A DNA stretch of 64,000 bases, taken from Acidimicrobiales bacterium (lineage in GTDB: Bacteria; Actinomycetota; Acidimicrobiia; Acidimicrobiales; UBA8592). Positions 39,627 through 48,610 of this stretch are shown here, one piece after another. Below the pieces are notes generated by a model that made no database searches, had not been told where the DNA came from, and saw nothing but the letters and a program-made list of their open reading frames with translations. A program made the position numbers and the translations under genes. Every line of letters starts with the position of its first letter. Within the stretch, counting starts at the first letter, position 1. The stretch covers positions 674-64,673 of the forward strand of contig JAQWQL010000110.1 of NCBI GenBank assembly GCA_029244605.1, in the 5' to 3' direction.

Positions 39627-40766
39627 TCAACGAAGGACCGCTACACCTATCAAAGGAATCACAATAAAGGCGACGACTACATAAGTAATTGCTACATAAC
39701 GCCGCTCTACCGCAATTCTAGCGAGATTTTCTGCTGCCCGTACGGGTATATCTCGCACTCCTGGTAATGGGTACAGCAACGCAATACCTCCAACATTAAA
39801 AAGTGTATGAACTATACCGACAGTAAGAGCTTCAGGCCTACTAGCTGCCAAAGCTGCGAGTAACGCTGTTATTGTTGTTCCAACATTGGCTCCCAAAGTA
39901 ACAGGGTAGATATTTCGAAGAGTTACAACTCCTGCAGCTGCAAGAGGAATCATAATTGAAGTAGTAATACTCGATGATTGCACTGAGATTGTAATGAGTA
40001 AGCCAAGGATCATCGCAACCAATCCCGCACCTGTCCCAAGTACTTTGTTCAAAGAAGCTTCAATACGGTCGGCAACAAGTTGTCTCATGTTCTTCGTTAT
40101 GTATGCGAGGGACAGTAAGATGATGACTAGCCCGACAATCACCAGAAATGTTCCGAGGACATTTCCTTTCGTCCCAATAGCATCGCCGAAATCCTTTAAC
40201 CAACCAACTGGTTCTTTTACCCATTTTTTAATGGGGCTCTTCCATTCACTACCAGCTGAACCAACTAACTTACCGCTTATTTTTTCTGCAAGCGTTGATA
40301 ATACACGGGTCGAAAGCTCTACTGGGAGAAGCACACAGACAGCCATTAAATTAAAGAAATCATGGACTGTCGCAGCTGCAAATGCGCGTTTAAATTCTTC
40401 TGACTGTCTCATGTGCGCTAGGGCTACGAGGGTATTAGTTACCGTTGTCCCAATATTCGCTCCCATAACCATTGGAACAGCATCACTTACTCCCAAGGCG
40501 CCAGTACCAACTAGGCCAACGATCACTGAAGTAGAAGCCGAGGATGATTGGACGAGAACAGTACCGAGTATCCCGATAAAGAGTCCAGCAATGGGATTGT
40601 TAACACTTGAGAAGAGACTTTCCTGAGTATCCGACCCCATTACGTTGATACCTGATTCGAGTGAAGATACTCCAACAAGGAATGTATAGATCAAACCAAA
40701 AACAAATGTCGCCCTAAGGAGTGTTGGAACCTCCCATTTAACCCTGTCGGTTTTTGTTAAAGCCAT
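39627..40766 (-). CDS. nptA: Na+/phosphate symporter (NptA/SLC34 family)
   Basis: Twin QSSS...GANIGTT/GANVGTT repeats and AATVHDFFN. Confidence 0.88.
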   Translation of the reverse strand: MALTKTDRVKWEVPTLLRATFVFGLIYTFLVGVSSLESGINVMGSDTQESLFSSVNNPIAGLFIGILGTVLVQSSSASTSVIVGLVGTGALGVSDAVPMVMGANIGTTVTNTLVALAHMRQSEEFKRAFAAATVHDFFNLMAVCVLLPVELSTRVLSTLAEKISGKLVGSAGSEWKSPIKKWVKEPVGWLKDFGDAIGTKGNVLGTFLVIVGLVIILLSLAYITKNMRQLVADRIEASLNKVLGTGAGLVAMILGLLITISVQSSSITTSIMIPLAAAGVVTLRNIYPVTLGANVGTTITALLAALAASRPEALTVGIVHTLFNVGGIALLYPLPGVRDIPVRAAENLARIAVERRYVAITYVVVAFIVIPLIGVAVLR

Positions 40767-40812
40767 TTACCAGAAATATATACTAAACCTTCCATAAGTG
40801 GAGGGGATAGTG

Positions 40813-40828
40813 TGTGAAATCCGTCATA
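40813..40828. promoter_or_regulatory. CRP/GlxR-like box upstream of nptA
   Basis: TGTGA-AATCCG-TCATA, one mismatch to TGTGA-N6-TCACA, ~47 bp upstream of the start. Confidence 0.45.
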
Positions 40829-40867
40829 GTTTTTATAAAGGACCTAAAGCGTTTAATTTATATAGCT

Positions 40868-41266
40868 CTATTGTCGAACTGCTTGAACCAATAATTCACG
40901 ATCATGGGAGTACGACAATAATCCCATAGCAGACTTATCCGACAACCAACGTATCTTGTCTACCTCGGAATTAGCCTGAAACGATCCGCTCAATATGTTC
41001 ATCCGCCAATAATGAACTTCTTTCTGTCGCCCCTTTCGGTCCTCGTAGTTTACCGTGCCGATGAATTCTCCCAATTCACAAATAAATCCGGTTTCCTCAA
41101 AGACTTCTCGTAAGGCGCATTCCTCGAGGGATTCTCCTTTATCGAGTTTCCCTTTCGGGAAAGACCAGTCACCATACCTTGGTCTATGCACCAAGAGGAC
41201 CTCTCCTTGGTGATTAAAAACATAGCCGCCCGCAGCAAGAACCAATGTCGAAGGCACTTTATTCAC
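40868..41266 (-). CDS. NUDIX hydrolase (MutT1 N-domain-like)
   Basis: HRPRYGDWSFPKGKLDKGESLEECALREVFEETG. Confidence 0.88.
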   Translation of the reverse strand: MNKVPSTLVLAAGGYVFNHQGEVLLVHRPRYGDWSFPKGKLDKGESLEECALREVFEETGFICELGEFIGTVNYEDRKGRQKEVHYWRMNILSGSFQANSEVDKIRWLSDKSAMGLLSYSHDRELLVQAVRQ

Positions 41267-41371
41267 GGAGGGAGATTAACAGGTAACCCAATACCGGTGG
41301 AGGATTCTATTTAATCCCCTGCGAAATTATTAACCGATTTTTCCACAGAAGTAATTCAACGAATCGAGACT

Positions 41372-41647
41372 TTATCTCTCTTGCTCTTCTTCTTCGTAGC
41401 CGAGGTCCCACTCGATAAGAATATTTTCATGTTCTGCATCACGGTTAACTCGCTCACGATTACGTCGAAACTGCGGATCATGAGGTGGAAGTAGAACTAA
41501 TCGGGCTTGAACTCGGGTCCGGAACCCATCAATCATGTCCTTATCTCCAAAATCTGAACGCATTTCCCAATGGGGGGCAACCGGACCCAGGTAAACCATT
41601 TTTATATGGCCTTGGGGGGGTTCGTTCGCGATCTCAACGTCACTCAT
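41372..41647 (-). CDS. Hypothetical protein
   Basis: GAGGAG RBS before ATG 41647. Contains YLGPVAPHW and LLPPHDPQFRRNRER segments. Confidence 0.7.
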   Translation of the reverse strand: MSDVEIANEPPQGHIKMVYLGPVAPHWEMRSDFGDKDMIDGFRTRVQARLVLLPPHDPQFRRNRERVNRDAEHENILIEWDLGYEEEEQER

Positions 41648-41756
41648 AGGGTTTCTCCTCATCATTCACTAGGAAGGAGTCTACCCAAGAGAATTTTTTT
41701 TTGTTCATGGGAACTTTTTCTCTCCGTAAATCGTCTATTAGTTATCGGAGGTATAT

Positions 41757-41996
41757 ATGGAAACGAAATGGATGACGAAGGGCAATTGTAGAAATAAGGC
41801 ACCTGAGGTTTTTTTCCCTAGCGATGGGTTAGGAGTTGAAGTCGCAAAAAAGATTTGTGAGACGTGCAAAGTTAAAAATCTCTGCCTTAGCCACGCTATA
41901 GAGAACCGTATCGATCATGGTGTGTGGGGCGGCACTTCCGAGCGTCAACGCAGGCGTTTAAGAAAAGAACAACAACTGATCGCAGTAGGTTTTTAA
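41757..41996 (+). CDS. whiB: WhiB-family Fe-S transcriptional regulator
   Basis: Four Cys (C-x22-CxxC-x5-C) and GVWGGTSERQRR. Confidence 0.9.
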   Translation: METKWMTKGNCRNKAPEVFFPSDGLGVEVAKKICETCKVKNLCLSHAIENRIDHGVWGGTSERQRRRLRKEQQLIAVGF

Positions 41997-42023
41997 CTCT
42001 TGCAACTCCTACGGGAGTGCGTA

Positions 42024-42314
42024 TTAACTAATGGCCTGAGATTCCTCGATAGCTTCTAGCGCAGCCTGACGCTCAAGAGCTCTTTGCCGTCGTATCCGGC
42101 GGCGCTCCCGTTCGCTCATCCCACCCCATATACCGAATTTTTCGCTATTTCTAAGCGCGTACTCTAGGCAATCTTCACGAACGACACAACCACGGCATAC
42201 TTCTTTTGCTTCTCGGGTTGAAGCCCCACGCTCGGGGAAGAACAGGTCAGGGTCGACACCCAGGCAGTTAGCAAAATCCTGCCAATCTTTGTCAAGTGAT
42301 TCATCTGAAACCAC
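42024..42314 (-). CDS. whiB: WhiB-family regulator, WhiB/WhiB2 (cell division) type
   Basis: ANCLGVDPDLFFPERGASTREAKEVC and FGIWGGMSERERRR. Confidence 0.92.
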   Translation of the reverse strand: MVSDESLDKDWQDFANCLGVDPDLFFPERGASTREAKEVCRGCVVREDCLEYALRNSEKFGIWGGMSERERRRIRRQRALERQAALEAIEESQAIS

Positions 42315-42413
42315 TGGTATACCCTCCGGTTCTTTAGAAAAAACGCCAAAACCTCAAATGAGTTTTCAGCATTTATTTGATATGTAAACTCTTTCGAGTA
42401 TCAAATTCATTCT

Positions 42414-42447
42414 TTGTAATTACAATAATGTTATTTAAGCAGGTCAA
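42414..42447 (-). promoter_or_regulatory. Sigma-A-type promoter of whiB with an overlapping 12-bp palindrome
   Basis: TTGACC-N17-TGTAAT on the - strand; perfect palindrome TTGTAATTACAA at 42414-42425. Confidence 0.55.
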
Positions 42448-42565
42448 CACAGGAAAAAGCAAGGTGTACGCAAGAAAAAGCCTGAAAAATAAGGAAATTT
42501 AACAAATAAGCGACCAACTTGGCGAATATAGAGCTTTTGGCGAAATATCGCAGCATTCAACCGGA

Positions 42566-44599
42566 TTAGCGGCGGGCGGAAACCAATCGTCTGCGGTGTT
42601 CAACAAAGTCAACGAGGAGGTAATCACCAAGATTATCTCTATTAGTAAAGAACGCTCTCCCACCGTTCATCTCCGTAATGCGTTCAATGAATCGGCTCAA
42701 TGCTGGCTCCGGATCGAGCATAAAAGTATTAATCCGAATACCATCACGGGTACATGCCATTACTTCCTGCAAGGTCTTTTCAACAGTTTCACGCGTAGGA
42801 GGGTAATCAAAATATGGGTTTCCAGAGCGGTCAATGTGGGCTGTAGGTTCGCCGTCGGTAACCATAATAATTTGTTTGGTTCCGGACTGCTTTGCAAGCA
42901 TCTGTCGACTTAAGAGAAAGGCATGTTGCATATTCGTCCCTTGCATATACCCCGTTGAGACCTCAGGCAAATGATGTGGTTCTATTTCTCGAGCCACGAT
43001 GTTGAATCCTACGATCCCTATGTAATCACGTGGAAATTGCATCGTAATAAGTGAATGAAGTGCCATCGCTACTTTTTTGGCAGGAAGAAGACGTCCGGTC
43101 CATGCCATTGAATTGGAAAGGTCGAGCATCAATACTGTACTTGAACGAACGAGGGACTCCGTTCGCTCTATTTCAAAATCCTCGGGGAGAAGATCTACAG
43201 GTGTGCCGCCTCCCGAACGACGGATTGCATTACGAACAGTACGTTGAATATCTAAATTAAAAGGGTCTCCAAACTCGTAAGGTTTAGTGGAGTAATCCCT
43301 CTCATGGCCGATGCCTTGGCGTTCAAGATGGTGCTTGCCCATTCGGTCAGTGTTTAATTTACGGAAGAGATCAGCTAAAGCCTGTTGCCCTATCTTTCGA
43401 ATAGCTTTAGGAGTTAACTCGTACTTGCCATCTTTCGCATCGATATATCCAGCATCTTCAAGCTGTTGTGCCGCCTCAGAAATTTTTTCTAAACTAGTGG
43501 CAGTTCGATCATCGAGTAATTCCCGCACTCTCTCAAGGTCGACTTCAGCTAACGAAGCAGGGTTTGTCACAGAGGAAAGCATCTGTTCTAAAGCATCAAG
43601 GTCGCCTAGTTCTTCGAAAATCTCTTGAGCTTGCGCCATACCCATCGGATCATCTCCTGAGAAGTCATATGATTGCTCCCATCCAAGGTTTGGAAAGGCT
43701 TCCTGAAGGTTTCGACCTAATTGATCCATCTGCCATTGAAGATCCATGTCTTCGAGAAGTTGGTCTGAGAGTTCTTGTAATTGCTGCTGCTGCTGTGGAG
43801 TCATCGAATTCATCATGGCCTGGGCTGCAGCCATCCGTTGGGCCATAATTTCAAGTAGTTCATCTAACGTTGATGGATCCTCAGGAAAGAAATCGCCGAA
43901 TTCTTCCATGAATTTTTCAAAGTCTGGTTCTTGCCCATTGGCGCGTTGTTCCAGCATCTCATTCAGATTAGAAATCATGTCTTTTAGCCTTTGCATATCT
44001 TCTGGCTGCATATTCTGCATCTCGTCTGACATTTGATCTAGATGTTGCTGCATGAGCTGCTCTCGAAGTTTTTCCATAAGGTCTTCAAATTGTTGACGCG
44101 CTTCAGCAGAGGTGAAGTCATATTGTTGTAAGTCGCGGACTTTTCCGGCAAGGTCAGGAGGAATCATATCGAGCTGTAAGTTCCGGTTAGTAACAGTTTC
44201 TTGAGTTATCTCCTCTCGGCGTTCATCACCTGATTTACGCGCATCCTCTAGAAGTTGATTTAAAGATTCACGCTCATTTTCAACAACTGAACTGAGCTCA
44301 TTTGCTACTTCCTCGTAGACACCGCCGAGGTCATAGTTTTCCAATCGTTCTTGACGTTCTTGACGGATTCTTTCAAGTGTCTCTTGAAGGCCTTGAACCT
44401 GTTCACCATCAATATTGAAACCTGATTGCATCATTCGACGTAAAGCAGAATTGACATCGCCGTCGTACAGAAGGTCATCGCCGAGTTCAGCGAGAAGGTC
44501 TTCAGCTGAAATCTCAAATCCTGTCTGGGTACCGTCCCAAGCGGAGTAGGCGTAACTCAAATTCCGCCGCTTCCGTTTTCTCCACTTGCCTAAGACCAT
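42566..44599 (-). CDS. vWA-domain protein (Rv0959-like partner of the AAA+ chelatase-like ATPase)
   Basis: YSAWDGTQ, DLSNSM MIDAS, GTNMQH and VTDGEPTAH motifs. Confidence 0.85.
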   Translation of the reverse strand: MVLGKWRKRKRRNLSYAYSAWDGTQTGFEISAEDLLAELGDDLLYDGDVNSALRRMMQSGFNIDGEQVQGLQETLERIRQERQERLENYDLGGVYEEVANELSSVVENERESLNQLLEDARKSGDERREEITQETVTNRNLQLDMIPPDLAGKVRDLQQYDFTSAEARQQFEDLMEKLREQLMQQHLDQMSDEMQNMQPEDMQRLKDMISNLNEMLEQRANGQEPDFEKFMEEFGDFFPEDPSTLDELLEIMAQRMAAAQAMMNSMTPQQQQQLQELSDQLLEDMDLQWQMDQLGRNLQEAFPNLGWEQSYDFSGDDPMGMAQAQEIFEELGDLDALEQMLSSVTNPASLAEVDLERVRELLDDRTATSLEKISEAAQQLEDAGYIDAKDGKYELTPKAIRKIGQQALADLFRKLNTDRMGKHHLERQGIGHERDYSTKPYEFGDPFNLDIQRTVRNAIRRSGGGTPVDLLPEDFEIERTESLVRSSTVLMLDLSNSMAWTGRLLPAKKVAMALHSLITMQFPRDYIGIVGFNIVAREIEPHHLPEVSTGYMQGTNMQHAFLLSRQMLAKQSGTKQIIMVTDGEPTAHIDRSGNPYFDYPPTRETVEKTLQEVMACTRDGIRINTFMLDPEPALSRFIERITEMNGGRAFFTNRDNLGDYLLVDFVEHRRRLVSARR

Positions 44600-44705
44600 A
44601 CCGAGACAGTAGCCAGTCTTTAGCTTACGTGCCTATCGACAGACAAAACTGTTCTCGAGATGGCAGATCGATGATTTCTCTACAGTCCCGAATAGAGTTA
44701 TTTCT

Positions 44706-45467
44706 ATGATTGTTGAATACGAAACAGAGGGACGGGTTGCCGTCATAACATTGAATCGTCCAGAAGCTCGAAATGCAGTCTCTGGAGAACTAGCTCAAGC
44801 GCTTGAAGAAGCTGTTGATCGTTTCGAAAATGATGACGATCTATGGGTTGGTATTTTGGCCGGAAATGGTCCGGTATTTTGTGCAGGAGCTGACCTGAAG
44901 GCGGTCGCTTCTGGCAATGCAAATCTCGGAACTAAGCGAGGAGGGTTTGGAGGTTTCGTAACTCTTGAGCGAAAAAAGCCAATCATCGCTGCTGTTGAAG
45001 GGCCGGCTGTTGCAGGAGGTTGCGAGCTGGTTCTTGCCTGTGACATGGTTGTGGCTTCGAGTGCAGCTTCTTTTGGCCTACCAGAAGTGAAGCGTTCCTT
45101 GGTAGCTATGGCTGGAGGGACGACAAGACTTCCGAAACGGCTCCCACCGAACATTGCTATGGAAATAGCATTAACTGGAGACACAATTGATGCTGCGAGA
45201 GCGTATCAGCATGGGTTGGTAAATATTCTTTGCGAACCAGATGGAGCAATAGAAGCAGCTAGGGAATTGGCTGAGCGTATAAATGCCAATGCCCCTCTGG
45301 CTGTCAGAGCGACAAGAAAGGCTGTTCTCGATGCAGCTCTGGTGTCCGATGAAGATGGGATTCGTATCGCCGTTGAACTCTTCGGCCCTGTTGCGGTAAG
45401 TGAAGACGCAAAGGAAGGTCCACTTGCCTTTGTAGAGAAGAGGCCTCCTGAATGGAAAGCACGCTGA
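44706..45467 (+). CDS. Enoyl-CoA hydratase/isomerase (crotonase)
   Basis: LNRPEARNA, FCAGADLK, AGGCELVLACD and FGLPEVKR motifs. Confidence 0.9.
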   Translation: MIVEYETEGRVAVITLNRPEARNAVSGELAQALEEAVDRFENDDDLWVGILAGNGPVFCAGADLKAVASGNANLGTKRGGFGGFVTLERKKPIIAAVEGPAVAGGCELVLACDMVVASSAASFGLPEVKRSLVAMAGGTTRLPKRLPPNIAMEIALTGDTIDAARAYQHGLVNILCEPDGAIEAARELAERINANAPLAVRATRKAVLDAALVSDEDGIRIAVELFGPVAVSEDAKEGPLAFVEKRPPEWKAR

Positions 45468-46102
45468 ACGACGATATTGAAGACCTTACATTCTCAGAGG
45501 ATCTTCGGAAACGAATTGCCTCTAACCTCAAAAATCACCCAACTATTGTTTCTGATCGGGTTGACTTACGTAAGGCTGCTGTGGCTATCGCCATTGCCCC
45601 GCTAGAGAATGGGCAATCCGGATTTATCCTTACCCGCCGAGGAAAAAATCTTCAAACGCATTCTCACCAATATGCTCTTCCGGGAGGAAAGATCGATGAT
45701 GGTGAAACGCAAGAAGAAACCGTCCTTCGAGAAGTCCAAGAAGAAATAGGTATCCAAGCAGAGAGCGATGCAATTGTCGGCTATCTCGACGACTACATTA
45801 CCCGATCGGGATTTTTAATCACCCCGATTGTTCTCTGGGTGCCAGACATTCAAAATCTGCGGCCTGAACCTGGGGAAGTTGATAAGATTTTTATCATCGG
45901 TTTCAATGAGCTTTTTCGGCCAGATAGTCCGCGGTGGGTCGAAATTCCGGAAAGCGACAAGCTTGTCCTGCAGCTTCCATTGCGTAATCGCCTCATCCAT
46001 GCGCCAACCGCTGCCTTAATTTACCAATTTCGCGAAATTGGGATTCAAGGGAATTTGCTCAGGACAGATCATATTGAAGAACCGGTATGGGCCTGGAAAT
46101 AA
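45452..46102 (+). CDS. CoA pyrophosphatase (NUDIX)
   Basis: LTRRG..L.THSHQYALPGGKIDDGE...LREVQEEIG. Confidence 0.85.
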   Translation: MESTLNDDIEDLTFSEDLRKRIASNLKNHPTIVSDRVDLRKAAVAIAIAPLENGQSGFILTRRGKNLQTHSHQYALPGGKIDDGETQEETVLREVQEEIGIQAESDAIVGYLDDYITRSGFLITPIVLWVPDIQNLRPEPGEVDKIFIIGFNELFRPDSPRWVEIPESDKLVLQLPLRNRLIHAPTAALIYQFREIGIQGNLLRTDHIEEPVWAWK

Positions 46103-46182
46103 ACCCTTATTTTTCAAGGGTTTTAAAGAAAAAATATGCAGAACCATGGCAACAGGACCTATTTACGACTATCTTGAACATG

Positions 46183-46198
46183 TGTGTCATTTGACACA
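46183..46198. promoter_or_regulatory. Palindromic operator (CRP-like spacing) overlapping a TTGACA
   Basis: TGTGTCA-TT-TGACACA with perfect 7-bp arms; TTGACA at 46191-46196. Confidence 0.55.
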
Positions 46199-46251
46199 TG
46201 GAACTTTCAGGCCCAATAACGTGTTGGTGCCTAATTTGAGAGGGAATTTTC

Positions 46252-46773
46252 ATGAAAAAAGTAAAACTGCTTATAGCGGCATTAGGAGTGGCTTTGGTGG
46301 CTTCACTGGCACTCGCTCCTGCTGCTAACGCACAAGAAGTAAGGTCACTCATGGCCGACCCCATGTTCGTAGATGGAGCGGGAGAGCAAGAGTTTACAAT
46401 TACTGGGTCAGGATGGGTTAGTGATTCAATTGCTATTCTTCCTTGTAACGACGCCAAAGACTATGCTCAAGCTGCTGAAAAGGGAACAGATGCCTGTGAT
46501 CTAGGTAACCTGGCGATAGCTCCTGTTTCAGGTGGAGAAGTAAACTTAACAGTAACTTTTGATGTGCCGGCTGACGGTATGTGTATCGGTGCTGGCGCAC
46601 TTGACCAGTCTGAAGTTGGTACATTCTGTATCGGGATTGGTGCTCCAGTACCTCCTCCTGGACAACCAAACACAGGTGCTGAGTCAGGACTGATTGCCGT
46701 CATCGGTATTTCAGTACTTGCTGCAGGTGCCTTGGTTGTTGGTATGACCCGCCGTAGGGCATTTGTAAGCTAA
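46252..46773 (+). CDS. Secreted, probably sortase-anchored surface protein with a neocarzinostatin-apoprotein-like Ig domain
   Basis: Signal peptide ending ANA-Q, four Cys, FTITGSGW, then PPPG-QPNTG + TM + RRR tail. Confidence 0.75.
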   Translation: MKKVKLLIAALGVALVASLALAPAANAQEVRSLMADPMFVDGAGEQEFTITGSGWVSDSIAILPCNDAKDYAQAAEKGTDACDLGNLAIAPVSGGEVNLTVTFDVPADGMCIGAGALDQSEVGTFCIGIGAPVPPPGQPNTGAESGLIAVIGISVLAAGALVVGMTRRRAFVS

Positions 46774-46806
46774 AACGGATTTCCCTAGATATAGGGATAA
46801 AAGTTT

Positions 46807-46843
46807 AAAGAACCGGGCCACATGGTCCGGTTCTTTACTTTTT
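46807..46843. terminator. Bidirectional intrinsic terminator
   Basis: AAAGAACCGGGCCA-CA-TGGTCCGGTTCTTT followed by a T-tract, between convergent genes. Confidence 0.8.
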
Positions 46844-46863
46844 ACTACCCGTAATACATTCCT

Positions 46864-47919
46864 CTATTGTTCAATTTTTAGCTGAGTGACTCTCTCATAT
46901 ATCTGGAGGGGGGTTCGCCATTTAGCATGACCACTATCTACAAGAAATGATATAGAACTTACTAGTGCGGAAATAAATCCCTCTGGCGGGGACCCTCCGA
47001 CGCTGATAGTGGTAGCAAAAATACAGCATCGTTTATCATTGGATTCTTCGCCATAGAGGACATAGCTTTCGGCTAACCGCGCATACTCATTGATATCTTC
47101 AGAGCTATATTCGCACCCATTTGATCCGATATCATCTTCCGCTAAGCACTTAATCGTTGCGCCTGATTCTCCTACGACGATAAGTAAACCGCCATCTGAA
47201 TTCGGAATAGTCCAGTTCTCTGATGAAGAAGTGCTCCATGGGGTGGCTTTTCGCGAAATCGAAAAACCAAGATTTCCATGGCATTCTGAGGGACTTGGAC
47301 ACTCATCGATATTCCATCCTTCAGGGTGATGGGAAACATCCAATGAGGTTAGGCAATACTCTACGACTCCGGTAGTGATTCGGTAGCCTGCCGAGAGAGC
47401 AGCCTCGACAAAAGGGCCTTTACTGCAAATTCCGGATACGAGGATTGGAGTGACCCCAAGAGATTGCACCTGCTCGTATTTAACGGATAATTGTCGTGTG
47501 AGCTCCTCAAGGGAGGGTGTCCCAACGCTACCTACATCGGCGTGCACTTCTATAGCGTGACCGAGAGAAAGTAGTTCATCGACTACTCCCTTTGCTCCGG
47601 AAGATGTGGCAAATTCTGAAGAAAGCTCAAATGAAAAAACTGCGCCAGCTTGATGCGCTTCATGAGCTACGTCGAGAATAATCTGAGAATGACGATCGAA
47701 CTTTTCGGTGTTTTTATTCTCTCCCTTCCAGCCTTCAACGTGCACCGACATAGTGAGGAAAGTTTCTTTATCGGTTGTAGGCGGATAAGTAGTAGGTTCA
47801 GTTGTAGAATCAGAATCGGATGGGTTTCCCATCTCTTGAGTGTTGGCAGGAGGGGTGGAAGAACACCCGAACAAAGAAGAGATTAATACTAAGCCAAGAA
47901 CTACTTTCTTGAATTTCAT
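46864..47919 (-). CDS. Cys-rich lipoprotein, possible polysaccharide-deacetylase-like (NodB/CE4) fold
   Basis: MKFKKVVLGLVLISSLFGC lipobox, S/T/P linker, MSVHVEG and HAIEVHAD motifs. Confidence 0.6.
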   Translation of the reverse strand: MKFKKVVLGLVLISSLFGCSSTPPANTQEMGNPSDSDSTTEPTTYPPTTDKETFLTMSVHVEGWKGENKNTEKFDRHSQIILDVAHEAHQAGAVFSFELSSEFATSSGAKGVVDELLSLGHAIEVHADVGSVGTPSLEELTRQLSVKYEQVQSLGVTPILVSGICSKGPFVEAALSAGYRITTGVVEYCLTSLDVSHHPEGWNIDECPSPSECHGNLGFSISRKATPWSTSSSENWTIPNSDGGLLIVVGESGATIKCLAEDDIGSNGCEYSSEDINEYARLAESYVLYGEESNDKRCCIFATTISVGGSPPEGFISALVSSISFLVDSGHAKWRTPLQIYERVTQLKIEQ

Positions 47920-47945
47920 TCCGGAGGATTGTAGACGTACCCTCA

Positions 47946-48581
47946 TTATGTTTGATATGTCTCCCATATCCGGACAAGGTCCTCTGTTGACGTGAGTGAA
48001 GCCAATAATGACAATGAACCTTGCAGTATTCTCTGACCGTATTCTATTGGGACACCGGTTACTGCATCTGTGGGAATAACTACTTGGTACCCTAAGTCGA
48101 CTGCTGACATAGCTAACCCAATAACACCAATGTTTAATGAGACTCCGAGAGCGACAACTGTCTGAGTATCAAGATTTCTAATAATTTGGTCAAGGGCGGT
48201 ACTGGTAAACGGTGTTAAGCCATGTAGTCGAGGAACAACTATATCTTCAGGCTCTGGGCCAAACGATGAGACCAGTTCCGCTCCTTCTGAGTTCTCCACT
48301 AAACCAGAACCTGATTGGTTTATTTTTTCTGATGCTGCGAGCATACGACAATTAGCCTTCGATCCAGCATGGTCCACTCGGTTTACAGCTATTGCATGAA
48401 GAACGCGTACCCCTGCTTCACGAGCTGCATTGCAGATGGCGGGGCCATTCGAAAGAACACCTGAATCCGCAGCTGCATCTCGGAGTTCAGGAAAACTGGA
48501 TAGGTCACCTACTATCCCTCTTTGCATTTCCATAGTGATCACCACAGTATGTTTTGGATTCACTAATTCTGCTAGTTCCAT
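47946..48581 (-). CDS. Isochorismatase-family protein (degenerate catalytic triad)
   Basis: Fold motifs TMEMQRG, PRLHG, LGVSLNIGV and AVDLGYQVVIPTDAV. Likely start at 48581. Confidence 0.8.
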   Translation of the reverse strand: MELAELVNPKHTVVITMEMQRGIVGDLSSFPELRDAAADSGVLSNGPAICNAAREAGVRVLHAIAVNRVDHAGSKANCRMLAASEKINQSGSGLVENSEGAELVSSFGPEPEDIVVPRLHGLTPFTSTALDQIIRNLDTQTVVALGVSLNIGVIGLAMSAVDLGYQVVIPTDAVTGVPIEYGQRILQGSLSLLASLTSTEDLVRIWETYQT

Positions 48582-48610
48582 ATTTGTCCTTACTTTTAGA
48601 ATAGAAAACT

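Noticed and set aside
40770-40867. PHO box upstream of nptA
   Set aside because: No convincing 11-nt GTTCA-type direct repeats could be aligned.
46252-46773. Enediyne antibiotic cluster implied by the neocarzinostatin-like domain
   Set aside because: No PKS or tailoring genes, and the protein has a wall-sorting signal.
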